A stretch of 64,000 nt of DNA from Barthelona sp. PCE. Lineage: Eukaryota. The DNA is taken from NCBI GenBank assembly GCA_040285745.1, contig JAUFOR010000003.1, positions 1-64,000 of the forward strand, written 5' to 3'. Of the stretch, positions 19,169-28,881 are shown one piece after another. Each line of letters begins with the position of its first letter. Position 1 is the first letter of the stretch. The position numbers were made by a program, and so were the translations under genes. Below the pieces are notes generated by a model. That model saw nothing but the letters and a program-made list of their open reading frames with translations, made no database searches and was not told the origin of the DNA.

Positions 19169-21868
19169 ATGAGAAATCAGAAAAAGGTGGGCAAAAAAGT
19201 GTACAGGAAGCCATTTTCTGGGCATCATAACTGGATAATGCATTTTAAAGAAATATTTCCCAATTTAATGACGCTAGAAAAGTTTTTGAAGAATCAGTTG
19301 ATGGAGTTCGACTCCAAGCGCCTAGAGCCGGACGTGCGAAATATGTTAAAAACTGTACACATTAGTTTTACACAGTTTATGAATCCAACTCAGGCTGAAA
19401 GTTCATTTGTAAGATTAGTGGAAGAACATTGTACAAGAAGCAACAGTAACAGGTTTTTAACACCTCTTTCAAAAGATAGGTTGAGGTACATCCTCAATTT
19501 ACCAATTTTTTTTTTCCTTTATGATTACACAAGTCCTAGATTTTTTAACGCGATGTTGAGGTCAACTACTATATTTTTTCCAGTTTTCACACCCAAATCT
19601 ACGTGTTTTTTGCAGATTTCAGGTTCCGCCATGACTCAAAGCCAATTTCGTCCTAAATTACAAAGAATGGCTATAAAAAGACACACTGTATTTTTTTCAA
19701 CAAAAGGCGGAATGTTTAAACATAATTTTAATGATAGCGCAACTTTTTTTCGAATATTCGGATCTGGACTATCAGAAAAAGTGCACCGTAAGTTTATTCC
19801 GATTTATGAGACGTTAATTAGCAATCTTGAGAGGTTTAACTTCTCCCGCATACGAGACGAGTGCATTAACCCTAAACTATACTATTTCTCACCAAATATC
19901 CCATATAAAGATATGGTTGTGCCCACGAAAGCGGTGAGGAAGCTCCTGTTTATTTCTCTGCGGCATGTGTTACCAAAAAAGCTGTATGGGTGTAATCGGA
20001 ATTTTAATATATTGTACACCTCTGCTTGTTCATTTCTTTGCAATCATATGAAATCTCAGCTCACGGTATCCAATCAGGAATGGTTCAAGCTTATCATACC
20101 AGATTGGCTACCTAAGCGTTGTTGGCGTCCTTTTTTCAAACTGTATTCTGCTATCATAACATGTCTTGTGGTTCCGTTGCTGCGCTGCTTTTATATCACG
20201 TATACATCGGGAAGCAAGAATATATTTGTCTTCAGACAGTCATGTTGGACTGCGCTTGAGAAGCACCAGATGACGGAGATCCCATCTGTTATGTTTGAAT
20301 CAGTTAGCTACGATGAAGCTCAGTTCGTCCTCTCGTCGAGAGTGATACCTTCTTCGATGGCACACTTACGCTTGGTGCCAAAAGTTGATTCGAAGAATGT
20401 ATTCACTGGTTTCAGACCTATTGTCAATTGTAGTCGTCACGCACACGGTATTGAGACTCCTCTCCCGGCACCCTCGCCACTCATGAATGCTGTGGGGTCT
20501 CCGTCTAAGTGGCAGGATGTCAACTCCTCTTATCGTTTTATGATACCGTTATTACGTTATTTGCTTTTACGTGTGAACGGTCACAGCTCTGTGCTCGACT
20601 TCGGCCAGGTGTATGAGCGCATTAGCCCCATGATGCGTGGTAGTGTAGGTTTGAGGTTGGACGCGCTGGCGCTTGATTTCGAGAGTTGTTTTGACACGAT
20701 TTTCTTGAATTCTATGTTTTCAATCATCCAAAATACGGTACCCGACAGCGTGTACTTTGAAAAATTCAGATCTTCAGCTGTAACGCTGATGAATTTTACG
20801 CGGAGATTCGACACGGTTTGTTTTGAGTCTTGCAGCAATCTTGACGCTTTTAGACAATTAAGATGGGGAACAATAGTCCACATTGGCGCAACCAGTGGTT
20901 ATAAGGTGTCGCGGAACGATATCGTCGAGGTTTTTCGAGAAATAATTTTTGGGTCACTGATTAAGATCGATAAAGAGCTTCTTTTAAGAAAGAGGGGAAT
21001 CCCTCAGGGGTTCTCGTTAAGTGTACTTCTGCTGAGCCTCGTCTGCGCGCTTAAAGATCGTGTTGTCTCCGATTTGCTTGCGTCAACAGTTGATGATTCA
21101 ATTTGTTTCTGCCGATACATTGACGATTTCTTTGTTTTGTTCAGAGGTAGCAGTAGCAGGGTTGTCACGGAGAAAATTCAATTTGCATTCTCAGGTCTAG
21201 GACTTAAACTGAATAAGAGAAAGATGTGTACTTCAACCATGAATAGGTTTATTAACTACTGCGGGTTCATCTATGATACTCACAAGCAGTCATTCTATCG
21301 TAGCTATCCTGATATAAGCAATACTCAGATCTCTTTCAAGTACAATCCTGGTAGGAGCATTGTCCGAAAGATACCGCGATTGTTGCAGTTCTATTTAAAT
21401 CCACTCGTTTTGGACGTTTTCAATTGCACGGATATTGTTTATGAGAACGTGTATCGTGCTGGTCTTTACATCGGTGCGTTAAGCGTTCGTGCATTGGAGA
21501 AAACTTACATGGTCTTTGTTAAATACGTTATGAACCGTGGGACAAGGCTATTATGTGATTACATACGTATGATGAGATGTCGATATCCGCACTTTTCATG
21601 CCCGATCCCAAATACACAAGTCAGATATTGTTTCAGAAGCGGGTTCATGAGGAGCGTGAACAAGTACAGTGGGCGAAATATGTTCAAGTTCAGCTACAAT
21701 ATGCTCCCTCAGCTAGTCACAGTTACACTGGGTCATCCAAGAGAGTTTCATGCTCAATGCCGTCAGTATCCAAATGTACCCGCGCACGTTTCACCAGCTT
21801 CCGAAAGAAATGAACGCATGCAACGACAGCGAAGGTCGCGAAGAGGGCGCAATTCGCTGAACCAATGA
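19169..21868 (+). CDS. TERT: Telomerase reverse transcriptase (899 aa)
   Basis: TEN/GQ-like MLRSTTIF...FLQISG; QFP-like LRHVLPKKLYGCNRN; T motif FYITY...FRQSCW; RT motifs 1 LRLVPK, 2 FRPIVN, A DFESCFDTI, B' GIPQGFSLS, C RYIDDF, D LKLNKRK, E YCG. Confidence 0.93.
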   Translation: MRNQKKVGKKVYRKPFSGHHNWIMHFKEIFPNLMTLEKFLKNQLMEFDSKRLEPDVRNMLKTVHISFTQFMNPTQAESSFVRLVEEHCTRSNSNRFLTPLSKDRLRYILNLPIFFFLYDYTSPRFFNAMLRSTTIFFPVFTPKSTCFLQISGSAMTQSQFRPKLQRMAIKRHTVFFSTKGGMFKHNFNDSATFFRIFGSGLSEKVHRKFIPIYETLISNLERFNFSRIRDECINPKLYYFSPNIPYKDMVVPTKAVRKLLFISLRHVLPKKLYGCNRNFNILYTSACSFLCNHMKSQLTVSNQEWFKLIIPDWLPKRCWRPFFKLYSAIITCLVVPLLRCFYITYTSGSKNIFVFRQSCWTALEKHQMTEIPSVMFESVSYDEAQFVLSSRVIPSSMAHLRLVPKVDSKNVFTGFRPIVNCSRHAHGIETPLPAPSPLMNAVGSPSKWQDVNSSYRFMIPLLRYLLLRVNGHSSVLDFGQVYERISPMMRGSVGLRLDALALDFESCFDTIFLNSMFSIIQNTVPDSVYFEKFRSSAVTLMNFTRRFDTVCFESCSNLDAFRQLRWGTIVHIGATSGYKVSRNDIVEVFREIIFGSLIKIDKELLLRKRGIPQGFSLSVLLLSLVCALKDRVVSDLLASTVDDSICFCRYIDDFFVLFRGSSSRVVTEKIQFAFSGLGLKLNKRKMCTSTMNRFINYCGFIYDTHKQSFYRSYPDISNTQISFKYNPGRSIVRKIPRLLQFYLNPLVLDVFNCTDIVYENVYRAGLYIGALSVRALEKTYMVFVKYVMNRGTRLLCDYIRMMRCRYPHFSCPIPNTQVRYCFRSGFMRSVNKYSGRNMFKFSYNMLPQLVTVTLGHPREFHAQCRQYPNVPAHVSPASERNERMQRQRRSRRGRNSLNQ

Positions 21869-23198
21869 TGAAAAAGAAGTTTTGGAAGCGTAAGGTGTCC
21901 AAATCACCCCACTTAACAGTAAATATGGGTATATCCACTGGTAAAGTTCTCTCGTTACTGAAATGGTATCTGGTGGTCAACCGTACACGGCTATTACTCA
22001 CTTCAAGATAACTGAAGTCGGATTCAGTATCATCCTCTAGGTTAACGGGTAACTGTATGACTGCGTCGAAGGCATGGATATCAAGCGAGTCATCCCTTCT
22101 TCTATCGCGTTTTTGAATCGGTGGCTTCATAGTTTTGTATTCATCGTGCGTGCTGTACGCTGCACTTCCGATGGCAACCTCCTGCGTTCGTTGGTTGCCA
22201 ACAAAGCTGTACAGGCGCGATACATCCGTCATATCTGACGCACCTGCAAACTTGACCGTTCTCACCAAGTCGATTCGATGGAATACGTTAACAAACGAAC
22301 CCAATGACACAGTCATGTTGAAACTGTTGCCAATAACAAGGTCAAGTCCGTCATTTGTATTGGGACACGTGATGAAGTCGCCAGTGAAGATGGATGATAG
22401 TGTTGAATCAAGAGTGACCTTACCAACTAAACTGGTGTAGCTAAGCATGAGCTCATGCAGCACCTCATCAGTCATTGACTGCTTATTTAGGTGTTTAATG
22501 TACTCTATCATACTGAGGTCGTCAAAATTGAAAAGAATTGGGCACATTATGATTGTGAACTGAAGAGAGCACGGATGACTTACGAACGTGGAACTGCTGG
22601 TCGAACAAATAGCTCGGTATGTTTCAAGACTTGCAATGAGTGTATCCAGTGAGACAGAACGTCGTGTCACATCCTTTAAACGGAGAAAAGTGTGTTCGAA
22701 CATATCATGGAAGTCCCAAACAATGTATTTCGTGGTATGATTCGAATATTGTGTTGAAATGACAACCTTTGATGTGTCCAGCCCCATTTCACCAATGAAA
22801 GACCGAAGGACGGCAGAATGCGTACTGTATCCCTGTCTCACTGAGTCAATCGGTACTTCAATCTGTGGATTGTTCCCCAGGAAGTTGACAAACACGTCCA
22901 AGTTGGCCCCAAAGAAGTTAAAAATTGGCTTACTATTGGGTAAGAATGCAGCAATTCCTGTCATATCGTGCTTTTTTGGAAAAAGCGTCGTGGGTTTGCC
23001 CTTCAGATCTGCTTGCGCAGTTCCAACCAGAGATGCCACCTGGCTGACTCGTTTTCGTGAAATTAGAGGTAGAGAAAAATCATTCACAATACTATATGCA
23101 AACTCCTTCCACGTAACAAATTCTTGCTCATCATCACAATAAGCACAATTTAAGCACAGAAAAAGTGCTATAAAGAGAAGAAAAAACCCAATATCCAT
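21723..23198 (-). CDS. Uncharacterised type I membrane protein
   Basis: Signal peptide MDIGFFLLFIALFLCLNCAYC and C-terminal TM (FFFIIGSANCALFATFAVVACVHFF) followed by RK. Confidence 0.75.
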   Translation of the reverse strand: MDIGFFLLFIALFLCLNCAYCDDEQEFVTWKEFAYSIVNDFSLPLISRKRVSQVASLVGTAQADLKGKPTTLFPKKHDMTGIAAFLPNSKPIFNFFGANLDVFVNFLGNNPQIEVPIDSVRQGYSTHSAVLRSFIGEMGLDTSKVVISTQYSNHTTKYIVWDFHDMFEHTFLRLKDVTRRSVSLDTLIASLETYRAICSTSSSTFVSHPCSLQFTIIMCPILFNFDDLSMIEYIKHLNKQSMTDEVLHELMLSYTSLVGKVTLDSTLSSIFTGDFITCPNTNDGLDLVIGNSFNMTVSLGSFVNVFHRIDLVRTVKFAGASDMTDVSRLYSFVGNQRTQEVAIGSAAYSTHDEYKTMKPPIQKRDRRRDDSLDIHAFDAVIQLPVNLEDDTESDFSYLEVSNSRVRLTTRYHFSNERTLPVDIPIFTVKWGDLDTLRFQNFFFIIGSANCALFATFAVVACVHFFRKLVKRARVHLDTDGIEHETLLDDPV

Positions 23199-23235
23199 GC
23201 CATAAGGAGGATAATTTTATTAACATTGACAGAAC

Positions 23236-25263
23236 TCAGAAGGTGAAAAAAGCATCCGTATTCTGGGTCTTTTTGGGCTCACTAGTGCCACCAGTGCCAA
23301 AGAAGTCAAAACTTTCATCCTCAACAGGCTTAGATTCAACAGATTTAACAGGTGTGGACTCAGGTTCAGGTTCTTCCTCTTCTGCTGGCGTGTGAAGGTC
23401 GATCTGTGAACCCAATGGCCTGTCCTCAACAGTTGCTTCAGATAGATCAAAAGCATCAAAAGCATCTTTGGGGTTGGCTTCTCCAAAAAGAGCATCTGCG
23501 TCGAAGGGGTTTTCTGTCACTGTTTCCTGTGGGGTCCCAAACACCGAATTGCTGCGCTTCTTCGTCGGAAGACTGTCGGTAGCAAAGAAATCAAAGTCAT
23601 CGCTCTTCTTAGGTGGTTTTTCAACTTCTTCTACAACTTCTTCTTCATTCTCAGGTTCTTCTACAACATTCTCAGGTTCTTTTTGTTCATCAATCACTTC
23701 TTCTTCATCATTCTTCGTTGCAGTAGCTGAAAAAAAGAAATCGTTCGTCTCTTCGACTGGTTCTGGTATCTTTTTATCGGTGAAATCAAACAACTCGTCA
23801 GAGCTGGACTCATCAGGAGTATCTTCTTCCTCAGAAACTGCAGAAGATGTGTCAGTGTCAGTATCGGTGAGATCCATTCGAAGGTGGATATTGGACTTTT
23901 TTTCAACAACCTCCACTTCCGAGTTTTCATCGTCCGTGGTCGTGTCCGTGTCATCAAGCATTACAACGGACTTTTCCTTGATGATGTCGTCCAGATGAAA
24001 GGATGAAACCATATCCAACGCCTTTGGCTCCTTCTCCATTTCAAATGCAGCAACAGGAGCGGCAACTTTAACAGGAGATGCTGAGAAGTGGGTCAGTGCA
24101 CTGGAAGAGAGGTCCTGAATCTCACACGCATGACTCTGCAACTGGTTGTAGATATCCTTTGATGATGAATTCATTTGCGCGAAACTCACGGCCTGGTTAA
24201 GTGTCAGCAGTGCGTTTTCAAAATCGCTAATGATGTCACGCACTATCTCATTTCCACCACTGGTGCTATTATGGTTAATGGAATTTGCAGCCTCGTTGAT
24301 CTGAGAGATGTACGTTGAGAAAGTCGAAATATGTTCGTTTGTGATTATGGCGCGACTTTTGACAACCGAAAGCTCAGCACGCTTCATCGCCAGTGCGTCT
24401 TGTGCCTGAATGAAGGCAGAAAAAACGCGCTTCTCTTCTTTTTCAAGATTATGTAGTTCATGTGAAGCCATAGCAATACGCTCATCAATTCGTTGAACCT
24501 CATTCGATGCCTGAACAATTTTTTCCTTCAAAGCGTTGTTTTTGGCCTCGAGCCTGCTCTTACGAGCCTCAAGTGTCATCAGTTGATTGCTCTTGACCTG
24601 GATCGTACCTGTGATGCTCAACAGCTCCTGATTGGAGTGCTTTATCTGCGACTCAAGGTGTCTATTGGTCTCAGTAGCAACCGTCAAAGCGCTTTCACTC
24701 GTTGATGTAGAGGAAAGTTTAGGAGTAACAGACGATTTGCTCACGTTTAGCACACTTAAAAGATCGTTTTGCCTGCTTACGCTTACAGGTTTAGACTTAG
24801 GCTTTGCGTGTTTCTCCATCTTTACCGGTTTAGTAGACTTTGGAGAATTTTTTTTTTCCAAAAAAACTCCCATATCAGGTGATGTAGGCTTTTTAGCAGT
24901 TCTACTACTCTCATCAAGCCGGTGAATTGTCTCACTGGCCTTATTCAAGGTAGATATTACTGATTCGATGCTAAGGCTTTGCTCATACACTCTTAAGCCC
25001 AAAACAAACGCTGCAAATCCACTTCTTGAAAGCGCATTATCAGTAGGATCGCAAAGGCTCCATATTTGACCAAGGATATCTTTATCTTTAAAACTCTTCC
25101 AGAAATCTCGACATTCAGGAACAGTAATCCATTCCTTGTCTGTGAGTTTGTCAAACTGTAAAAGAACATCCAAAATGAATTCTTCAACACTCATTTGTCG
25201 TTTGAAAGAAGTGAAAATTTGTTTTATCAAACTTTTAACTCTTTCAGTATTATTTAGCACCAT
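23236..25263 (-). CDS. EH-domain coiled-coil endocytic adaptor (Eps15/Ede1-like)
   Basis: EH motif LGQIWSLCDPTD..LSRSGF, central coiled coil, and an acidic tail with NPF, DAF and FDF motifs. Confidence 0.75.
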   Translation of the reverse strand: MVLNNTERVKSLIKQIFTSFKRQMSVEEFILDVLLQFDKLTDKEWITVPECRDFWKSFKDKDILGQIWSLCDPTDNALSRSGFAAFVLGLRVYEQSLSIESVISTLNKASETIHRLDESSRTAKKPTSPDMGVFLEKKNSPKSTKPVKMEKHAKPKSKPVSVSRQNDLLSVLNVSKSSVTPKLSSTSTSESALTVATETNRHLESQIKHSNQELLSITGTIQVKSNQLMTLEARKSRLEAKNNALKEKIVQASNEVQRIDERIAMASHELHNLEKEEKRVFSAFIQAQDALAMKRAELSVVKSRAIITNEHISTFSTYISQINEAANSINHNSTSGGNEIVRDIISDFENALLTLNQAVSFAQMNSSSKDIYNQLQSHACEIQDLSSSALTHFSASPVKVAAPVAAFEMEKEPKALDMVSSFHLDDIIKEKSVVMLDDTDTTTDDENSEVEVVEKKSNIHLRMDLTDTDTDTSSAVSEEEDTPDESSSDELFDFTDKKIPEPVEETNDFFFSATATKNDEEEVIDEQKEPENVVEEPENEEEVVEEVEKPPKKSDDFDFFATDSLPTKKRSNSVFGTPQETVTENPFDADALFGEANPKDAFDAFDLSEATVEDRPLGSQIDLHTPAEEEEPEPESTPVKSVESKPVEDESFDFFGTGGTSEPKKTQNTDAFFTF

Positions 25264-25728
25264 ATTATTGAAAGAGATATGTCAGTATATACGAATGGTG
25301 GATCGGAAAAGTTGATTACTCAAGTTTCATGTGGTTATCTCTGATGAACAGTACTTTAAGGGGTTTAGCGCTGTCATTAATAAATGGGACGCCATCGTTA
25401 CGGCAGGTGCTATCGCTGAAATGTATGGAAATGAGCGAATATGGGAAGTTTTATCATTTTGAGTGTATTGTGCGCAGGTTGTGTATTTCTGGATCATTAT
25501 CTTTTTTTTTGAATCAAATCGGTTAAAAAATGGCTTTATAGCATGTAAAAGATGTTAAATATCTAATCAAAGCAATGTCAGTGGGACAAGTATTCTCTTG
25601 TTGCAGTATTGAAGTTATATGGGTTCTTTAAAACAAGAATCTTACAATTGTTGAAATATGTACCTCATAAATGACACAATAGCGGTAATAAATGCATTGA
25701 TCTTGAATAATATTTCATTCATCTTTTC

Positions 25729-26724
25729 ATGACTAAAGAAGCACAGGAAAAGGAGAAAAAGCTGGTCAGGAAACCGAAAAACCTAGTTATCCGTATCAAA
25801 TCGGGCTTTATTATGCTTGTAATAGTTGGTGCATTCCTTTACTTCGGTCCAACATCCACATTTGCACTCTGTTCACTTATATCAGTTCTCAGTTTTTTGG
25901 AAATGCTCCGTGTATGCAGCAAACTTCTCAGCAATGATTGCAGTAAGAAAAATACTTTACTGGTACTGGCTAAACTTTCATATGTGGTTTTGTTCTTATG
26001 TAGGACACTTGTTACCATGGCACCGCTCTACCCCGGCAAGCAGCTGACGGTTATTGTTCCATTTGTTCCAATAATTCGACTCGTTCTGCTTACAGTTTTG
26101 TTGAGTGTTTTTGTTTACAACCTTCGTCGCCCCCACTACAAGCAGATGCTTATCTTCTTCTCAGCAATAACTGTCGTATTGTTACTGGTCCATCTTGTTC
26201 TGGAAAGCTTCTCTCTTGTTTTTTCTTGTGCTGGGTGGTTTTTCGCATCAATTTGCATGGTGCAACTCAACGATATTGGTGCTTACCTTGTTGGTGCTAC
26301 CATTGGCCGAACAAAATACATCGAGGTGTCCCCTAACAAGTCATTAGAGGGGTTCATCGGTGGCTTCTTCTTTACACTCCTTTTTACACACTTGTTTGGA
26401 AGATTGTTGATGAACTTATGCACTCCCTACCACACGCTGCAGTTCTCATGGGCGCTTGGTTTCTCTAATGCACACTTCTGGTCCCAACAGGTTGTCCTCG
26501 GTGTTTCCAGATGGCAGTTTGGTATGATTATATTGAGCGCATTTAACTCATTCATTTCACCTACTTTCGGGTACATCGGAAGCGGCATCAAACGTGTGAT
26601 GTCTTTGGATGATTTTGGGGATCTGTTCCCGGGTCATGGCGGTGTCACTGATCGTTTTGATTGCTGCTTCATAGGAATGATTTTCGCCAAAGCTCTATAC
26701 GACGCATTTATTAACCACTACTAG
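25729..26724 (+). CDS. CDS1: Phosphatidate cytidylyltransferase (CDP-DAG synthase)
   Basis: NDIGAY, SPNKSLEGFIGG and SGIKR...DFGDLFPGHGGVTDRFD signatures; multi-TM. Confidence 0.95.
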   Translation: MTKEAQEKEKKLVRKPKNLVIRIKSGFIMLVIVGAFLYFGPTSTFALCSLISVLSFLEMLRVCSKLLSNDCSKKNTLLVLAKLSYVVLFLCRTLVTMAPLYPGKQLTVIVPFVPIIRLVLLTVLLSVFVYNLRRPHYKQMLIFFSAITVVLLLVHLVLESFSLVFSCAGWFFASICMVQLNDIGAYLVGATIGRTKYIEVSPNKSLEGFIGGFFFTLLFTHLFGRLLMNLCTPYHTLQFSWALGFSNAHFWSQQVVLGVSRWQFGMIILSAFNSFISPTFGYIGSGIKRVMSLDDFGDLFPGHGGVTDRFDCCFIGMIFAKALYDAFINHY

Positions 26725-26742
26725 AAATAAACCGTGTGCTAT

Positions 26743-27153
26743 TCATCGTGTGGTGTACTTTTTTAAAAAAATTTGCATGTCGGTAAACTGACCAATATAG
26801 AACCATAATCGTTCTGGATATAACTCAATACCGTGCTCTTCTGGGTGCGATGTGAAAAATGCATGCATTTCTCTGTGTAGCAAGCGGTTTGAATACCCTT
26901 TTAACATTCTGTTTGCTCCCAATAACCATCTCATTGCTTGATGTATATCGAATTTGGCATATCTTATATCCTCAGGGTCGTCTTGGCTCGTTACAACAAT
27001 GCAGTACGTCTTTCTGAACCATCCAAAAGCTTTATAATATACAAAATATAGTTTTCCTTCGCAATCAACGTTAAAGGGAAGCTCTTCCATAGTTGAAGTC
27101 ATCTCGTTTAAGGTTAACTCGCCTGATGACGGGGTTCTAGAGGATGACGGCAT
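26743..27153 (-). CDS. Hypothetical protein
   Basis: 136-aa ORF filling the space between genes; no motif recognised. Confidence 0.55.
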   Translation of the reverse strand: MPSSSRTPSSGELTLNEMTSTMEELPFNVDCEGKLYFVYYKAFGWFRKTYCIVVTSQDDPEDIRYAKFDIHQAMRWLLGANRMLKGYSNRLLHREMHAFFTSHPEEHGIELYPERLWFYIGQFTDMQIFLKKYTTR

Positions 27154-27348
27154 CAAATGGAGGGAGAAAAAAAAAAAACGGTTTTATTATCCGACTGCGT
27201 TCTACATGAATCTATGAGTGTACCTGAACACCCCTCAACCCTCAGAAGACGATTCCAGGACTACTTTCAGTTGTGTATTCATTTAAAGGTAGAATCAAAG
27301 GAATTGTTTTTAACGGACTGAACAGTTACTATTACCTACACATACTGT

Positions 27349-27633
27349 CTATGTTCGCTCAGAAACGTTGTAAGCGACAAAATTCTGAACAGAAGGAGTA
27401 TCATCATCAAAAATGTTATGTATAAGGGATGCAGGTGCATTGACGAACTTACCCTTCAGATTAGGTGCAACGTGTGCAGATTTATAGCACAAATCGTCAG
27501 CTTGATCATACAAACGGAGACTGTAATCAAAGATACAATCTTGCAGTGCTATAGCAACACTCTCAGGATTATCCCATTCGGCCCCACCAACAACCGTGTT
27601 AAATTCTTGGAAAAAAGACAATAATTCTCCCAT
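27349..27633 (-). CDS. Hypothetical small protein
   Basis: 94-aa ATG-initiated ORF with protein-like composition. Confidence 0.4.
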   Translation of the reverse strand: MGELLSFFQEFNTVVGGAEWDNPESVAIALQDCIFDYSLRLYDQADDLCYKSAHVAPNLKGKFVNAPASLIHNIFDDDTPSVQNFVAYNVSERT

Positions 27634-27947
27634 TTAGATGATTCAAAATCGCTTGATAGAACAAGTAAATGTTAAACAAGCATTTCTTATCTGACATAAC
27701 AATAATCCGGCAATAAATCGGTTTTCAGTACGCTTTATGATTATGGAATTTGTAGAATACAGTATATAGGATTGCCTGTCCATTTTTTCCAAACATTACA
27801 TTTTTATGGTGGGAAATTATTGTCAAAAAGGCATAAAAATATGTAAAATGATGAAAAAAGGCATGTAAATACGTTTGATACTCTATTTAAGCGTTTTCGC
27901 AATTCTCTTCCATTTTGTACTGTATTGTATTTTGAACACACCAAAGC

Positions 27948-28835
27948 ATGTACATATTGCCAAAGCCGCTAAAACCTGATTGCAAAGAGCTACTTGTATC
28001 AGGGTTCTCTCACAGATTATCAGAATATCAGCTGTCAATGTTTTTTGACGACTTCGAGGGCTTTGAGGGCCTCAAGATTGAGTCTTCCAAGAGCATCAGG
28101 GTCAGATTCGTCAATCATAACATTGCTTGTGATGCTTTCAGAAGATTGATTGCAACTTCTGTTAACTCCGTTCGTCTTCTGCGTGTATCGTGGCCGGGTA
28201 CCAATTTCAACATGGATTCATTCCACTCATTATATGTGAGTTTCGATGCAAACATCACTGAACCAGACATTTTTGAATTTTTTAGCCAAGTAAGCACGAG
28301 TATTTCTTCAGTGAAGCTAATGAACGAGCAAACAGGCAAGAAGCTCTTTGCTTTTGTCTTTTTTGCGGATATATGCGATAGAAATAGATGTCTTGCCGAA
28401 TTGAATGGTAGTACTTACAAAGGAGTAACGTTTAAGGTGAACACATCTGTGACGAAGTCACGTATTGTGCCAGCAAACGAGCTCATTGCGGCTAACGTGC
28501 CTGGTAGTTGTGTAGTTCTTGTTGAATTCCGAGATGCTTCGCTAACACACAGTGCAGTAATCAACGCATTGGGAAGTAGTCTTGATGTATCTTTTAAGAG
28601 GTATGATATCACAGAGTTGGGTTTACAGATCACATTCAGTACCGTGGATGACGCTAACACGTTTTGTTTACAAATACATAACAGTGATGATTTTTTTTCG
28701 CGAGGATTACTATGCTCCTTTGGACCATCTGTTACGAATGAGGCAACAGAGAAGCGCACCAGAGAGAGAAGGGATATACAGACGCTATTGGGAGCTATTA
28801 ATAATGATGTTTCAATGACTTTAAGCCGATTGTAA
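27948..28835 (+). CDS. Multi-RRM RNA-binding protein (Nam8/Ngr1/RBP45-like architecture)
   Basis: Repeated RRM patterns: LLVSGF...VRF...LRVSW and SLYVSF...KLFAFVFF...ELNG, plus a degenerate third repeat. Confidence 0.75.
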   Translation: MYILPKPLKPDCKELLVSGFSHRLSEYQLSMFFDDFEGFEGLKIESSKSIRVRFVNHNIACDAFRRLIATSVNSVRLLRVSWPGTNFNMDSFHSLYVSFDANITEPDIFEFFSQVSTSISSVKLMNEQTGKKLFAFVFFADICDRNRCLAELNGSTYKGVTFKVNTSVTKSRIVPANELIAANVPGSCVVLVEFRDASLTHSAVINALGSSLDVSFKRYDITELGLQITFSTVDDANTFCLQIHNSDDFFSRGLLCSFGPSVTNEATEKRTRERRDIQTLLGAINNDVSMTLSRL

Positions 28836-28881
28836 AGGAGTTCATTTTTTAACTTTTTTCACTCATTTTTTTTTGAGAAAT

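Noticed and set aside
19169-21868. RT ORF as a retrotransposon or retron
   Set aside because: It has telomerase-specific T, QFP and GQ-like motifs, no endonuclease or integrase, no LTR, poly(A) or TSD, and sits among housekeeping genes.
25340-25420. TGATGA...CTGA as a box C/D snoRNA, or a TGA-readthrough small ORF
   Set aside because: I see no terminal stem or recognisable rRNA guide, and no SECIS or homology supports readthrough. It cannot be supported without a search.
27665-27678. TTTAACATTTAC (minus strand; also + strand ~8521) as an AT-AC version of the intron acceptor
   Set aside because: No matching donor was found, and splicing here does not create or extend an open frame.
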